Shown here piece by piece: positions 37,689 to 48,239 of a stretch of 63,010 nucleotides of DNA. The notes under the pieces were generated by a model, which was not told the origin of the DNA, ran no database searches, and saw only the letters and a list, made by a program, of their open reading frames with translations. How positions within the stretch are numbered: position 1 is the first letter of the stretch; the number at the start of each line of letters is the position of its first letter. The DNA comes from a virus (lineage: Duplodnaviria > Heunggongvirae > Uroviricota > Caudoviricetes): positions 276,278 to 339,287 of the IMG/VR virus record IMGVR_UViG_3300028887_000002; one strand, 5' to 3'. The translations under genes were made by a program, and so were the position numbers.

Positions 37689-38072
37689 CTATTCCTCCCA
37701 AGTTATTTTAACTGTTGTAATGTATTCTTTACCATCTTTACCGAGTTCTACTGCTTTTTCAAATGTGTCATGGATTAGACTACTAGTATATCTCATGTTT
37801 TTTTTGCCATATATATTTAGATATCCTTCATGCTTTTCGGTAGCCATCATAAGGTCTTCTCCATATTCACATATACCAAACCTGCCTTCGCCGAACTTGC
37901 CTTCATTAGTATAGTGGTAATGTTTTTCCACTCCATTGTATTCTACAAGAGCTACAATCGGAAACATGTTATTTGGGTTTTTCCTGTCGAAACATATAAT
38001 TCTCGCGTTTCTTCCGTCCCTTGTGCATACTGGGGTTCCTTGTTTTGCCAGTTCTAAGTCAAATGGTTTCAT
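37689..38072 (-). CDS. Bacteroidota-phage protein (MKPFDLE.AK.G.PV.TRDGR.ARIICFD)
   Basis: Recognisable recurrent phage motif. Confidence 0.8.
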   Translation of the reverse strand: MKPFDLELAKQGTPVCTRDGRNARIICFDRKNPNNMFPIVALVEYNGVEKHYHYTNEGKFGEGRFGICEYGEDLMMATEKHEGYLNIYGKKNMRYTSSLIHDTFEKAVELGKDGKEYITTVKITWEE

Positions 38073-38121
38073 AATCTTTCCTTTCTTTTAAAAATGTACT
38101 CAAACGAGTACATATGGTTTA

Positions 38122-38418
38122 TTATTCAATGGTTATCTCTCCGTTGCAGTATCTCACGAACCCCATCCGCTTTCCGTTGCTACCGTTCTCGTAGTAGAAC
38201 CTGTATGATAAAGACGGATGGTCTTCGAGCCATATGGGTTCCACGATTTTGCTTTCATTGGCGCTGATATATGGCGCATTATCCATGTATTTGAGAGTCA
38301 CGCCGTTCAATGTGACCTTCTGTGTTATAAGCGTGTCATCTATGTGGGTGGATACTAACACGCACTTTCCAGTCTTCTCAATGGCGTCCTTCAGTTCATT
38401 TAACTTTTCTTTTGTCAT
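38122..38418 (-). CDS. Hypothetical protein
   Basis: 98 aa; stop 10 nt from an 18-bp palindrome. Confidence 0.7.
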   Translation of the reverse strand: MTKEKLNELKDAIEKTGKCVLVSTHIDDTLITQKVTLNGVTLKYMDNAPYISANESKIVEPIWLEDHPSLSYRFYYENGSNGKRMGFVRYCNGEITIE

Positions 38419-38496
38419 ATGTCTTTTTTTAGTTTGTTAATGATGCAGCAAAATTAATAAGGATATTTCAATCCTGCAAGAAAAAAATAATTTATT

Positions 38497-38892
38497 TTAT
38501 TTTCGGCTGTTTCCGAAGAATTCCTCCCACCTCTCAATCGCCTGTGGGGATGCTGACCAGTTGTCCTGTCTGGAGAACCTTATGGAGTTTCCGTCCGTTG
38601 GTGACGGGGCAATCATTGTCCATCCCGCAGCCTCAAGGGTATGTATCGCTTCATCCTTCGTGTTGAAGGTTGTGTCGGAGTGGCATACGTTCAGCCAGTA
38701 CCACTTGTTTAGGTAGGATTCGTTGGGGATGATTTTCCATCCTTCATTGGTCTTCCGTACCTCGCAGGTATATGTTCGTGGCGATTGTTGCGATGCCCTT
38801 GCATGAAGCGAGGGTAGTATGTAGCCGTCCGCAAGGGTTACTAATGCGGCAAATAATAATGCCGTTAGGAATAATGCTTTTCTTACACTCAT
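38497..38892 (-). CDS. Secreted/membrane-anchored hypothetical protein
   Basis: Signal-peptide-like N-terminus. Confidence 0.7.
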   Translation of the reverse strand: MSVRKALFLTALLFAALVTLADGYILPSLHARASQQSPRTYTCEVRKTNEGWKIIPNESYLNKWYWLNVCHSDTTFNTKDEAIHTLEAAGWTMIAPSPTDGNSIRFSRQDNWSASPQAIERWEEFFGNSRK

Positions 38893-38896
38893 AGTT

Positions 38897-39166
38897 TTAT
38901 AAGTTCATTATGTTGATAATCTGTGATATTTCAGCCGTTGTGGGGGTTTCGCCCTTTACTTGGGCGTTATAAGCCTTGAGGAACTGTCCGTACTGCTCGT
39001 AGGTGTACTTGTGTTCGTTTAGGCATTCGTTAAGCCTTTCAAATGCGGTGAAACCAATAACACCATCGTTGGGGGATGTTGATAGTATCTTGTCGGTCTC
39101 AGCCTTAATTGAGACCATTGTGTCGTAGTCCTTTCGTGTGAATCTATTTTTCTTTTCCTTTGCCAT
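38897..39166 (-). CDS. Hypothetical protein
   Basis: 89-aa ORF. Confidence 0.7.
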   Translation of the reverse strand: MAKEKKNRFTRKDYDTMVSIKAETDKILSTSPNDGVIGFTAFERLNECLNEHKYTYEQYGQFLKAYNAQVKGETPTTAEISQIINIMNL

Positions 39167-39170
39167 ATTA

Positions 39171-39470
39171 TTATTTTAGTATAATGTTTTCCATCTCCTT
39201 GCTGAATATGGGCATATACTCTTTAAGGAATATGCCGTATATGTCCTCGTTCTCCCTTTCGCACACCTCAAAGCATTCGTCAAGCAGACGCTCGTATAAC
39301 ATTGCTTCATCACTTGTAAGGTTCATTTCCTTCAGTTGTCCCTCCGTCAAGACGGCAAGGGAATCGTCTGGGTGGATGATGATATGCCGTTCAAACAGCA
39401 CATAGTGAAAGAATTCCTTTACCTCATCGGTGGTTGTGATATGCGAATCGTTTGTGTATGTGTAGTTCAT
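39171..39470 (-). CDS. Hypothetical protein (I.T.DEVKEFF.Y...ER...HPDD)
   Basis: 99-aa ORF. Confidence 0.75.
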   Translation of the reverse strand: MNYTYTNDSHITTTDEVKEFFHYVLFERHIIIHPDDSLAVLTEGQLKEMNLTSDEAMLYERLLDECFEVCERENEDIYGIFLKEYMPIFSKEMENIILK

Positions 39471-39487
39471 AGTTAGTCCTCCTCGTT

Positions 39488-39748
39488 TTAATCATTATAG
39501 AATTCCAACTTAATTGTCGTGTGTACACCTTTATAATATAGGCAATTATCAACCACGCCAATTCGTGGGAAGTCTTTGTAGACAACAGTCCCTCTGTTGT
39601 TGCCCCGCAAATCGTATTCAACATCCACTATAGGATGCCAAACTTTGAAGTCGTCATTAATCCGAAGGATTGCCCTATCTATTTCAGCATAGTCTTTGCA
39701 TTCGCTCAGTTCCTTTGCATACATATGTGCTTTTTCTGTCTTGTTCAT
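39488..39748 (-). CDS. Hypothetical protein, cassette-driven
   Basis: 86 aa, follows promoter core 39809-39823. Confidence 0.7.
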   Translation of the reverse strand: MNKTEKAHMYAKELSECKDYAEIDRAILRINDDFKVWHPIVDVEYDLRGNNRGTVVYKDFPRIGVVDNCLYYKGVHTTIKLEFYND

Positions 39749-39888
39749 AATATTTCCCTTTCTTTTTTAAAACGTTTGACATTCACATAGGCATATATAA
39801 CACCCCAGAAACTGATACGTTCAAAATTGAAACGTCAGTTTCTTGGGGAGGTGCAGTTTTTTTTTGTACTCAAACGAGTACAAGGGGG

Positions 39889-40707
39889 CTATTCTTCGTA
39901 GAAATCGTAGAGACCGATGACCTTTCCTTCGGAGTTGATTACCTTGTCGTATATGAAGGCATAGGCGTTTCCGCTTTCAAGTTCGTAGCCTTTCAACGGG
40001 TGGTCGAAGTCAAGTTCGCCATTGTCCTTTTCGGTGTAGAAGTCTTCGTGCATATCGTAGTTCCAAATCTCACCGCTACAAGTCTTGGTATAGTCTCCGT
40101 CATAGTAGTTGTAGTACTGGCTGCAACCAGACTGGTGGAGTTCACAGAATTCGTATTCGTCTTCGGAATCATAGAATATGTTGTTTTCACAATCAATCAC
40201 GATGTCTTCAGGAGCAATGTTTTTGAGGTCGGGAAGCCACAAACCTTCCTTAACGGCACGGTTAATGACATTGAGGTCACGATTGTTGAAGTTCCCCTCA
40301 ATGAACTGCTCGAACTGTTCCCTTGCAAGGTCGTAGTCATAGTAGTCCTCGCAGGCTGGGTCGTCAATAAGAAGGACTGAGTTGCGTATCTCTGGCTTTG
40401 TGTTCGGCTCGTACATTTCAAGCCTATAGTAGCCACTCATTGCTTGATTCATACGGAAGGCAATGTGGTCTCTCTTGTAGTCTTCAAATTCAAGGTTGTA
40501 GTCGGCGATGTTCTCGTAGGTGTCAATAGTCTCCCCATTCTCATCGTCAATATGACATATCACCCTATAAGGCTTTCCATCGTGTTCGTGTACGAATTTT
40601 GATGCGTATTCGCAAGCATCGTTGATGTTTTCAAAGTCCTTTGATGTATAGACCTTGCTTTCATTGTCTGTCCAAACTTTGTACTTCATAATAATTTCTC
40701 CTTTCAA
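39889..40707 (-). CDS. Acidic hypothetical protein
   Basis: ORF; start probably 40689. Confidence 0.8.
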   Translation of the reverse strand: MKGEIIMKYKVWTDNESKVYTSKDFENINDACEYASKFVHEHDGKPYRVICHIDDENGETIDTYENIADYNLEFEDYKRDHIAFRMNQAMSGYYRLEMYEPNTKPEIRNSVLLIDDPACEDYYDYDLAREQFEQFIEGNFNNRDLNVINRAVKEGLWLPDLKNIAPEDIVIDCENNIFYDSEDEYEFCELHQSGCSQYYNYYDGDYTKTCSGEIWNYDMHEDFYTEKDNGELDFDHPLKGYELESGNAYAFIYDKVINSEGKVIGLYDFYEE

Positions 40708-40716
40708 ATAATAGTT

Positions 40717-41010
40717 TTATTCGCTTTTTGCGTATGTGAAAATCTTTAGAATTTCATTCTTGTTAATTCTCTTGAGCAATCCTACGATAGTGTATGTCTT
40801 TGGCACTACCGAATGCGGTTGCGACCAAACAAGAAAGTCCTTGCCGTCCAATCGTTCCTTTGCAAGGTGATAGCCGTACTGCCAATCGTGAAGGGGTTGT
40901 AGGACGGTGTATCTATCTTTGAGTTCGGTATTGCGCCATTGAATTATTTCTTCAACGCTCTTGTTGGCTTGTGCCTCAAACAATCTTATCGTTTCTTCCT
41001 TTGTTCTCAT
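40717..41010 (-). CDS. Hypothetical protein
   Basis: 97-aa ORF. Confidence 0.75.
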   Translation of the reverse strand: MRTKEETIRLFEAQANKSVEEIIQWRNTELKDRYTVLQPLHDWQYGYHLAKERLDGKDFLVWSQPHSVVPKTYTIVGLLKRINKNEILKIFTYAKSE

Positions 41011-41076
41011 AGAAAATTCAGTTTTAATGTTCTACACCACACTATATAAGTCCCATGAAGCTGGAACGTTCAAAAT

Positions 41077-41502
41077 CTAAAGTGTTTCGTAAAAGTCTTC
41101 AAAGGCGGTTATCACAAAATCCTCTCCGTTGTCTGGCTCGGTCAACGTCAAGAGTTCATCAATACCATCGCAATAGAAGAAAATCTCGCCGTCTTCGTCT
41201 TCTTTTATATCAGTTGAGAGTTTGATTGGAACGTCAGACGGCTCTCCGCAGTCTTTCCAAACTATTTCAACACAAGCATAAAGGATTGGTTGTTTGTTGC
41301 CGACAAGTTCGTCATACCTATCCCTCATCTGCTTCTTGATGAGGTTTTGCTTTGCATCGTTTGAGGTTGCCATTTCAACTGCTTTCATTGCCACTTCATA
41401 CACACGATAGTTCATTTGTGCGTATTGTACTGGGTCGGAAACGTTTGCACATTCCTTGATTGCGTCCAATACTATCTGCTGTCTCTGTTCTTCACTCATC
41501 AT
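41077..41502 (-). CDS. Hypothetical protein with module M2 (IKL.TD...EDGEIFFYCDGIDEL..LT.P.N.EDF)
   Basis: C-terminal module shared with 50408. Confidence 0.8.
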   Translation of the reverse strand: MMSEEQRQQIVLDAIKECANVSDPVQYAQMNYRVYEVAMKAVEMATSNDAKQNLIKKQMRDRYDELVGNKQPILYACVEIVWKDCGEPSDVPIKLSTDIKEDEDGEIFFYCDGIDELLTLTEPDNGEDFVITAFEDFYETL

Positions 41503-41586
41503 AATAATACCCTTTCTATTTTAAGTTTAACATTTTCAATTACATAATATTATATAAGTTCCCCGAAGCTGATACGTTCAAAGTTG

Positions 41587-41970
41587 TTAAAACCGATAAT
41601 ATGATTTTTTGTATTCGGTTGTTGGGGTATAACCCTCTCGCTTGTAGTTTTTGAATTCACTAACGATATATGTGAAATCAACACAACCTTTGGGGTAACG
41701 GTATTCTTCGACAAAAATGTAATAGCCGTTTTCGTTTAGGACATCAAAGGCTGTCCGCATTTCTTCTTCGCTTGGGTATGTTCCCTTTTTATAGTTTGTA
41801 AATTCCTTTTTTTCTAAATTAACACAATCAAAATTTGCGTAAACTTTTGAGGAAATAAAATGTCCGCCTTTCAAAAAAGCATCAACAACTGCTTGCACAA
41901 CTTCCTTGCGTATTGGCGTTTCCAATAACTTTTCCTCGTTCGGGTTTCTCTTTATTACAATTCCTTCCAT
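41587..41970 (-). CDS. Hypothetical protein
   Basis: 127-aa ORF. Confidence 0.75.
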   Translation of the reverse strand: MEGIVIKRNPNEEKLLETPIRKEVVQAVVDAFLKGGHFISSKVYANFDCVNLEKKEFTNYKKGTYPSEEEMRTAFDVLNENGYYIFVEEYRYPKGCVDFTYIVSEFKNYKREGYTPTTEYKKSYYRF

Positions 41971-42065
41971 AATATAAATATTTTTAAGTTACACCAATCT
42001 ATATAACCTCCCCGAAGCTGATACGTTCAGTTTCGGAGGTTGTACTCAAACGAGTACAAAACTTT

Positions 42066-42686
42066 TTATTCCTCAATTCCGAGCCTCTTCTTCAGCACCC
42101 TCACTAATGCAATATCAACATCACCAGAGTGCCAATTATGCGGGTCAGCAGTTTCCTTCACATCTTCAGCAACCTCATCGCATATACAATATGCGATTGC
42201 TTGGGCATCCGAATACTCCATGATGTTGGAAAGCCTCTTGATAATCATGTCATCAATACCATCAATGCAGTCATCGGTCAGTTCAATGGTAAAGTCTTGT
42301 GTCCTTCCGTCATCAAAGTCCAATTGTATTGAAACATACAAGTTGTCCACATTCCTTATGAAACCCCAACCGCTTCCTTCAAACAATATGTAGTTGTCCT
42401 CGTGGAGGCGTTCCTTGAGATAGTGGTCAGTAAAATGTTCACTACCCATATTGATGATGGCGAGTGTGTCATCGCATTTTATGAACTTGGTCTTGTTCGG
42501 CTCAAGGTAGCGTGTAATAAGCATTCCTCCGTTGGGGATGTTTACATTCATCATCACATCCTCAATGATGCCTTCTTCATACTTGTATTTCTCTCCCCAA
42601 GTCTGGGAAAACCATTTGGCGTCTACAGCAAATGAAGGGTCTGTAATTGCACAACCCTTTTCAAATCTAAATCTCTTTTCTTCCAT
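42066..42686 (-). CDS. Hypothetical protein
   Basis: 206-aa ORF. Confidence 0.8.
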   Translation of the reverse strand: MEEKRFRFEKGCAITDPSFAVDAKWFSQTWGEKYKYEEGIIEDVMMNVNIPNGGMLITRYLEPNKTKFIKCDDTLAIINMGSEHFTDHYLKERLHEDNYILFEGSGWGFIRNVDNLYVSIQLDFDDGRTQDFTIELTDDCIDGIDDMIIKRLSNIMEYSDAQAIAYCICDEVAEDVKETADPHNWHSGDVDIALVRVLKKRLGIEE

Positions 42687-42729
42687 AATAATTCCCTTTC
42701 TATTTTAAATCATTTAACATTAGTGCCTA

Positions 42730-43023
42730 TTAGTCTTCGGTTGGCACATAGACCATTTTCTCTCCGTTGTAGGGAGAAAACATTTCGTCCGTGCATTCAC
42801 AGAACTCTGTTTCAACAGCAAATAGTCCATAACCCTCTTGATAATATATTTCAAGTTCAATCTCCGATTCAGTCACATATCTCTCTGCTTCTTCGGGGGT
42901 CATTCCTTGCTCAACCAATTCATTGACCTTGTGGTTAAAAGCGATTGGGTATTTATCCTTTGAAAGTTTTACATTGCAAAGGTGTTCATAATTGTCCGAA
43001 TTGTTAATTACAGTCTTTACCAT
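42730..43023 (-). CDS. Paralog family C (PIAF..KV.ELVE.GM..E.AE...ELEIYYQ.G.GLFAVET)
   Basis: Highly similar to 48621. Confidence 0.8.
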   Translation of the reverse strand: MVKTVINNSDNYEHLCNVKLSKDKYPIAFNHKVNELVEQGMTPEEAERYVTESEIELEIYYQEGYGLFAVETEFCECTDEMFSPYNGEKMVYVPTED

Positions 43024-43113
43024 TTTTTATCTCCTATTTTTAAATGTTTAACATTCAATTTACATAAATCTATATAACCCCCATGAAGCTGAAACGTTCA
43101 TTTTCGGGGAGGT

Positions 43114-43554
43114 CTAATATACAAAATCTTTTGTTTTTATATATATTCTCTCACCGCGTTCATTAAAATCAGCCTCATATACATTTCCGTCCCAATCAGC
43201 ACTTATCGGGTAAAACCCTTGTTTCATCTCATCGTCAAATGAATTGATATAACATTGTTCACTTCCCCAACAATGAATATTTAACCCTTTGGCTGTTTCA
43301 ATGTTATCGGCTGTAGTTGGAAATCTCCCATCTTTTAAATTCAACTCAACACCCACATTAATAAATGCCGCCCGTCTTCCACCGATTTTATTCATTTTTT
43401 CGTTGAAAGTACCACCGAGATAGACATCAACACCACCCCAACCCTTCACTGTTCGTATGCAGTTGTCTAACATATCATACAATGTTCCAAAGGTCAGTTT
43501 TATTTCAAACCTATAAGGGTATCTACCTATTGTTATTGTCTTTTCCATAACCAT
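43114..43554 (-). CDS. Hypothetical protein
   Basis: 146-aa ORF. Confidence 0.75.
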   Translation of the reverse strand: MVMEKTITIGRYPYRFEIKLTFGTLYDMLDNCIRTVKGWGGVDVYLGGTFNEKMNKIGGRRAAFINVGVELNLKDGRFPTTADNIETAKGLNIHCWGSEQCYINSFDDEMKQGFYPISADWDGNVYEADFNERGERIYIKTKDFVY

Positions 43555-43661
43555 TTCATTTAAGTTTCACATAAATTTATATAAGTCCCACGAAGCTGAA
43601 ACGTTCATTTTGGGAAGGTGTTGTTTCATATAAATCTATATGTACTCAAACGAGTACACAT

Positions 43662-43696
43662 AAAAAAATGCCCACCGCCAAAAAGCAATGGGCATT
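43662..43696 (-). terminator. Intrinsic terminator after DUF932 gene
   Basis: AATGCCCA/TGGGCATT stem with A7 on +. Confidence 0.7.
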
Positions 43697-43731
43697 CGTA
43701 ACATTAAACAACTTAAATTATTATGGTAGAA

Positions 43732-44847
43732 TTAGCAAGCAAGTAGGTAGTCGTAACCCTTTTGAACTTTCCTTGCGACATCACCATCAAGGATTGAGTT
43801 GTACTTGTCTTCTGCGGTAGTCCACTTCTTGTTGTTGCCGTAGAAAGTCGTGAGTCCGTTCAGCAGCCACAACTTTGTGCCACGATGTTCGTGCTGACCG
43901 ATGCCGTTCTCAATGGCATTCATAAGGTCGGTGATTTGGTTGCGCTTGCGTGTGGAGATTTCCTCAACACCATATGGGTTGCCGTTGTTCTGTTCAATGA
44001 GTTTCAATTCGGCTGGTGTGCAGAAGATTTGTGTGACGAACTTCATTGCATCGCTCTCGCTGATAGTCTGCGACCTCAACTTTGTCATATCCTCAATGAA
44101 CTGAGTCTTGTATCTCTTGTGCATCTCAAGGACTGCAACTGCTCGTTGCACATTCTCTTGGCGTTCCCAATCCAATCGGTCACCGACATTCTTTGTGTGC
44201 TTGAAGACGAGTTTGTTCTTTGCGCCCCTTAATGCCATGTTGAGAGTGTTCTGGCAAATGACACGAATTGGTGTGAACAAGCATTCAACCGCACCGCTAC
44301 CATCGTGGGTATTTGTAAAGAGAAGGTAGTCCGAAATACCATCGTTGTCTCCCTCAATGCGTATGTTTTCGGGGAGTTTTGCAGTTATATACATTCTTGC
44401 ACCTCCCTTTAGGATGCCCGCAGTCTCAATGATTGGTCTTTGTTCGCCACCGATTGAGCCGCTTGTCATAAGGTCGATGAACTCAAAGGCTTTGGTGTTT
44501 TGTACGACACCATAGTCAGCACCGACAACTCCCAATGTCTTGTTTGAGTCCATGCGGACGGTTGCCTTGTGCGAATCTATAAGGTTATCTGCTGACACCT
44601 CAAGGTCAAATGCCTCGTTGTTTCTTATCTTGGTTGCGATTTCGTCACTTACACGGAGAAGGCTCTGCTTCTCAACATTGTAGTTAGCACCAACGGCTTC
44701 TACTGCCTCGTTGATTGTTACGGGAGTGCTGAACGATTTGCAACCTTGAATACCTTGCCAAGCAACTGGCTGTGCAGCCGATACCTTGATGGTTGCTTCG
44801 TTGTTGTTAATAACCTCTGCTGTGTTCAAATTAATAATTCTTGCCAT
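43732..44847 (-). CDS. DUF932 / LGT_TIGR03299 phage-plasmid protein
   Basis: VR.D....LGVVG.DY..VQN..AF.F; YLLF.N.HDGSG....FTPIRVICQNTLN.AL. Confidence 0.85.
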   Translation of the reverse strand: MARIINLNTAEVINNNEATIKVSAAQPVAWQGIQGCKSFSTPVTINEAVEAVGANYNVEKQSLLRVSDEIATKIRNNEAFDLEVSADNLIDSHKATVRMDSNKTLGVVGADYGVVQNTKAFEFIDLMTSGSIGGEQRPIIETAGILKGGARMYITAKLPENIRIEGDNDGISDYLLFTNTHDGSGAVECLFTPIRVICQNTLNMALRGAKNKLVFKHTKNVGDRLDWERQENVQRAVAVLEMHKRYKTQFIEDMTKLRSQTISESDAMKFVTQIFCTPAELKLIEQNNGNPYGVEEISTRKRNQITDLMNAIENGIGQHEHRGTKLWLLNGLTTFYGNNKKWTTAEDKYNSILDGDVARKVQKGYDYLLAC

Positions 44848-44943
44848 AATAAAATAAATTTAAGTTTAACATTTATTCAATTTTCATATTAGTTTATAAG
44901 TCCCCCGAAGCTGATACGTTCATTTTCGGGGAGGTGTTTCATA

Positions 44944-45117
44944 TTATCCTATTTCCTCTGCTTCATAATCAGCATCAAGATATTCATCGTTGGGATTTTC
45001 ACCCCATTCATCGTCATCATATTCTTGTGCGATTTCTATTGCTTCGTCCTCGTTTTCTGCTTCTACCTCAATATATAAGGTGCGTGGCGGATACATCTTT
45101 GTTACTTGATACAACAT
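44944..45117 (-). CDS. Small acidic protein (EVEAENEDEAIEIA, DpnD/PcfM-like motif)
   Basis: 57-aa ORF below the track cutoff, between two cassettes. Confidence 0.7.
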   Translation of the reverse strand: MLYQVTKMYPPRTLYIEVEAENEDEAIEIAQEYDDDEWGENPNDEYLDADYEAEEIG

Positions 45118-45198
45118 TTTCTTGTCCCTTTCTTTTTTAAGTTTAACATAAATCTATATAAGTTCCCCGAAGCTGGAACGTTCATTTTCGGGAGGGAC

Positions 45199-45549
45199 TT
45201 ATTCATCGTCCCTCTCATCTTCGTCTTCGTCCTCTTCTTCATCTTCACCATCCTCACACCACCACCATTCCATAATCTCGTCATCAGTGCTTTCAATGAT
45301 TATTGACCACCATTGGTCGCTGATTTCTTCGTGGTTGAAATCATCAGCAAAATCTATCATATCAGCCAAGCGAGAACCATCGTTCAAACAATATACCTTG
45401 TGGATTGGTACATTTTTATCTATCAATGTCTTGATAGGATTGCTCTCATACGACAATTCCAAAGGTGCAATACCAAATACATCACTATCATCTCTTGCGT
45501 TCACATCGTAGAACACCAAATACTTCTTTGTGTTTTTCTTTTCGTCCAT
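45199..45549 (-). CDS. Very acidic hypothetical protein
   Basis: 116 aa, D/E tail. Confidence 0.75.
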   Translation of the reverse strand: MDEKKNTKKYLVFYDVNARDDSDVFGIAPLELSYESNPIKTLIDKNVPIHKVYCLNDGSRLADMIDFADDFNHEEISDQWWSIIIESTDDEIMEWWWCEDGEDEEEDEDEDERDDE

Positions 45550-45713
45550 AATAATATCTCCTATTTTTAATTGTTTAATCTTTTCAATTTACATAAATCT
45601 ATATAACCCTCCCGAAGCTGAAACGTTCACTTTCGGGAGGTGTACTCAAACGAGTACAATATAAGGGGAAACGAACCCTTTAACAAGTCCGTCCCCTTTG
45701 GCTGTTGGTAAGG

Positions 45714-46361
45714 TTAAGCATAATCGCCCTCAATTATATCCTTTTCGATTTCCTTGTAGGTGCGACCATCGTATTGCAGTGCGGTGTAGATTTCCATTGC
45801 CACTCCGTAAAGTTCGGCGGCGCAAACTCTATCAACTTCATACTCATAGCAATCCTCTGTGCAGAGTTCAACATTGCCGTTTTTGTCAAGGTGTACATCA
45901 ATTACATCGGAGAATGCATTTGAAGCATATTCGGGGTGATTGCCACCATCGTAGGTGACTGCAACGCAAATGTCAAGCACTTCAAAGTTGATTGTGCCGT
46001 TTTCCTCACAAAGTTTCTTGAGGTAGTCAAGGCTTTCGTCCCACAACTTTCTACCCAAGTCCATGAAACGGTTTCCAGTTTCCACAAAGGCTGGCTTTCG
46101 CTTGATGTCAGCCTTGTATAACAATTTTCGGTATTCCTTCTTGTTAAGACCGCAGAATGATTTGAGGTGTGTGCAAGTTGTATTACTCAACACATTTTCA
46201 ACTGCCAGAGGAATGAGGTCGCCATTTGCGGTGCGCTCAATTATTGGCGTGTTGTAACTATACAACACCTCGCTACCATTTTCCTTGCGTTCAACAAGTG
46301 CTTTGCCATAGAACGACTTGCGACCATTGGTCGGCATTAATTCTCTTACATTGTTTTTCAT
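45714..46361 (-). CDS. Two-module protein with C-terminal module M1 (VTYDGG.HPE..SNAF..V.DVHLD..GNVEL)
   Basis: M1 shared with the N-terminus of 50408. Confidence 0.8.
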   Translation of the reverse strand: MKNNVRELMPTNGRKSFYGKALVERKENGSEVLYSYNTPIIERTANGDLIPLAVENVLSNTTCTHLKSFCGLNKKEYRKLLYKADIKRKPAFVETGNRFMDLGRKLWDESLDYLKKLCEENGTINFEVLDICVAVTYDGGNHPEYASNAFSDVIDVHLDKNGNVELCTEDCYEYEVDRVCAAELYGVAMEIYTALQYDGRTYKEIEKDIIEGDYA

Positions 46362-46471
46362 GTCTATTCCCTTTCTATTTTTAATTGTTTAATCTTTTCA
46401 ATTTACATAAATCTATATAACCCTCCCGAAGCTGAAACGTTCACTTTTGAGGAATAGGTTGTTTTATAATT

Positions 46472-46846
46472 TTATATTTCAAAATTATATTGGCTTTCGT
46501 ATGGTGCAAGCGTCATATGGATATATGCCTTTTGCGCACCCCATTCATTGAGGAATCTTTCAAGCCTATGTAAATAATATTCTTTGTTGTATGAATGATT
46601 CCAAGTTTGTGTTTCATCGTCATAAATATCATCATGACTGTCCCAACCATGCGAACCAGTACGATATAACACTTTGCCGTCTTTCAGTTCAATGTAGCAA
46701 GTGTAATATACGTGATGCGGTGCATCGCACTTAATGGTTTTTGTGTAACTGCGTTCAATCGCATGGGGGTAGGTCGCTTTGATGTATTCAACCACCTTGT
46801 GAAAGTTTGATTTCAATAGTTCCTCATACTTGCTAATGTTTTCCAT
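46472..46846 (-). CDS. Hypothetical protein
   Basis: 124-aa ORF. Confidence 0.75.
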   Translation of the reverse strand: MENISKYEELLKSNFHKVVEYIKATYPHAIERSYTKTIKCDAPHHVYYTCYIELKDGKVLYRTGSHGWDSHDDIYDDETQTWNHSYNKEYYLHRLERFLNEWGAQKAYIHMTLAPYESQYNFEI

Positions 46847-46947
46847 AATATTACCCTTTCTATTTTTTAAGTTATTTAATTATTTCGTTTCACATAAATC
46901 TATATAAGTTGATGAAAGCTGGAACGTTCAAAATCCATAGGTTGCTT

Positions 46948-46987
46948 AAAAAAAATCCCGACAAAATAAAATAATTTCATCGGGATT
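46948..46987 (-). terminator. Intrinsic terminator
   Basis: AATCCCGA/TCGGGATT stem with A8 on +. Confidence 0.65.
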
Positions 46988-47103
46988 GATAACAAAAAAA
47001 CAACTTAAATTATTATGGATAAAGTATTTACATTTTAAAAACCCCCAAAGGACATTAGGTAGTCCGATGGGGGAAAAAGTAATATAAATGAACGATTAGA
47101 GAA

Positions 47104-48129
47104 TTACCAAGTCTTGTATTTGCCGTTGTAGTTGCTTGTCGTACCTATCAGATGTGCAGTCTCGCTATTGTAGGGGATGCATTGTTCCCAATATACACCA
47201 CCACAAGTGACATATTGATAGCCATTATTATCTGTCGGTATATGGCTGAAAAAGTCGGCAATCCAAGTGCAACTTTCATCGTCCCTTACAAGTACCTTGT
47301 CAAAGGGCATGAGGTCGGTTTTTGCAAAGGTGTATTCCTTTTCCTTTGTGGAAATATCCTTGTCATTGTCAATGCTCTCAATGGTTGCAGCACCGAGACT
47401 TTCAAAAGTGTATACACCATTTTCAATTTCAATTATCTTCTCATATTCGCCATTTCTTGATAAAGGACCTATAGTATCTCCCACATTGTACTTGTGGCGT
47501 GCTTGATAGTATTGCTTTATTTCTTCATCGGTTGCAAGACGGAAATCGCCATTAATGTCAAGATATTCTATATCATCCTCCTTGTCATCGCTGGTAATGT
47601 ATTTACCATCTCTTATGTCGGTTATTTGGAATAGGATTAGTTTGTCAGAATTTAACCCATAACGCTTAATACTATCAATTGATATGAGATAGTCTCCGAC
47701 ATTGTATTTGGGGTACTCCACTTTTACCTCATTTATTATCTTGAGTTCCCAATCTTCTGCAAGGTGATATTCCTCGCTATAGTCAAGGTCATCAATCTTT
47801 TCATACTCGCCATCGCTACACTCGTATTCACCATCATCGGTTATACCTACTATGGCAAAGTTAACTTCTATGTTGTCGTTGGAGATAAGAACATCGCCAA
47901 CCTTGTATTTGGGTTGCGGTGTGGTAGGGTTGTCTTCTTCAACATCGCCGTCAAGAATTACTTCTTCTTCAGCATAGTCTGCCGTTGCTTCACCAAAGTC
48001 CCAATTAATGCAGTCAACATTTTCATATAGTTTGTTTTGTGCAATGTCAAGTGCTTCAAAGCTATTTTCAGCATCAACGAACATTATGCCGTTGTGTATC
48101 ATCGTACACGTCACAATAAACCTTTTCAT
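47104..48129 (-). CDS. Modular protein: EVEAE-like N-terminus, three KY(K/N)VGD repeats, PFDKVLVRD C-terminal module
   Basis: 341 aa with visible internal repeats. Confidence 0.8.
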   Translation of the reverse strand: MKRFIVTCTMIHNGIMFVDAENSFEALDIAQNKLYENVDCINWDFGEATADYAEEEVILDGDVEEDNPTTPQPKYKVGDVLISNDNIEVNFAIVGITDDGEYECSDGEYEKIDDLDYSEEYHLAEDWELKIINEVKVEYPKYNVGDYLISIDSIKRYGLNSDKLILFQITDIRDGKYITSDDKEDDIEYLDINGDFRLATDEEIKQYYQARHKYNVGDTIGPLSRNGEYEKIIEIENGVYTFESLGAATIESIDNDKDISTKEKEYTFAKTDLMPFDKVLVRDDESCTWIADFFSHIPTDNNGYQYVTCGGVYWEQCIPYNSETAHLIGTTSNYNGKYKTW

Positions 48130-48239
48130 CTCTATCCCTTTCTATTTTAATTAGTTTAACATTTTCAATTTACATCATATTATATAACCCTCCCGAAGCT
48201 GAAACGTTCATTTTCGGGAGGTGTACTCAAACGAGTACA

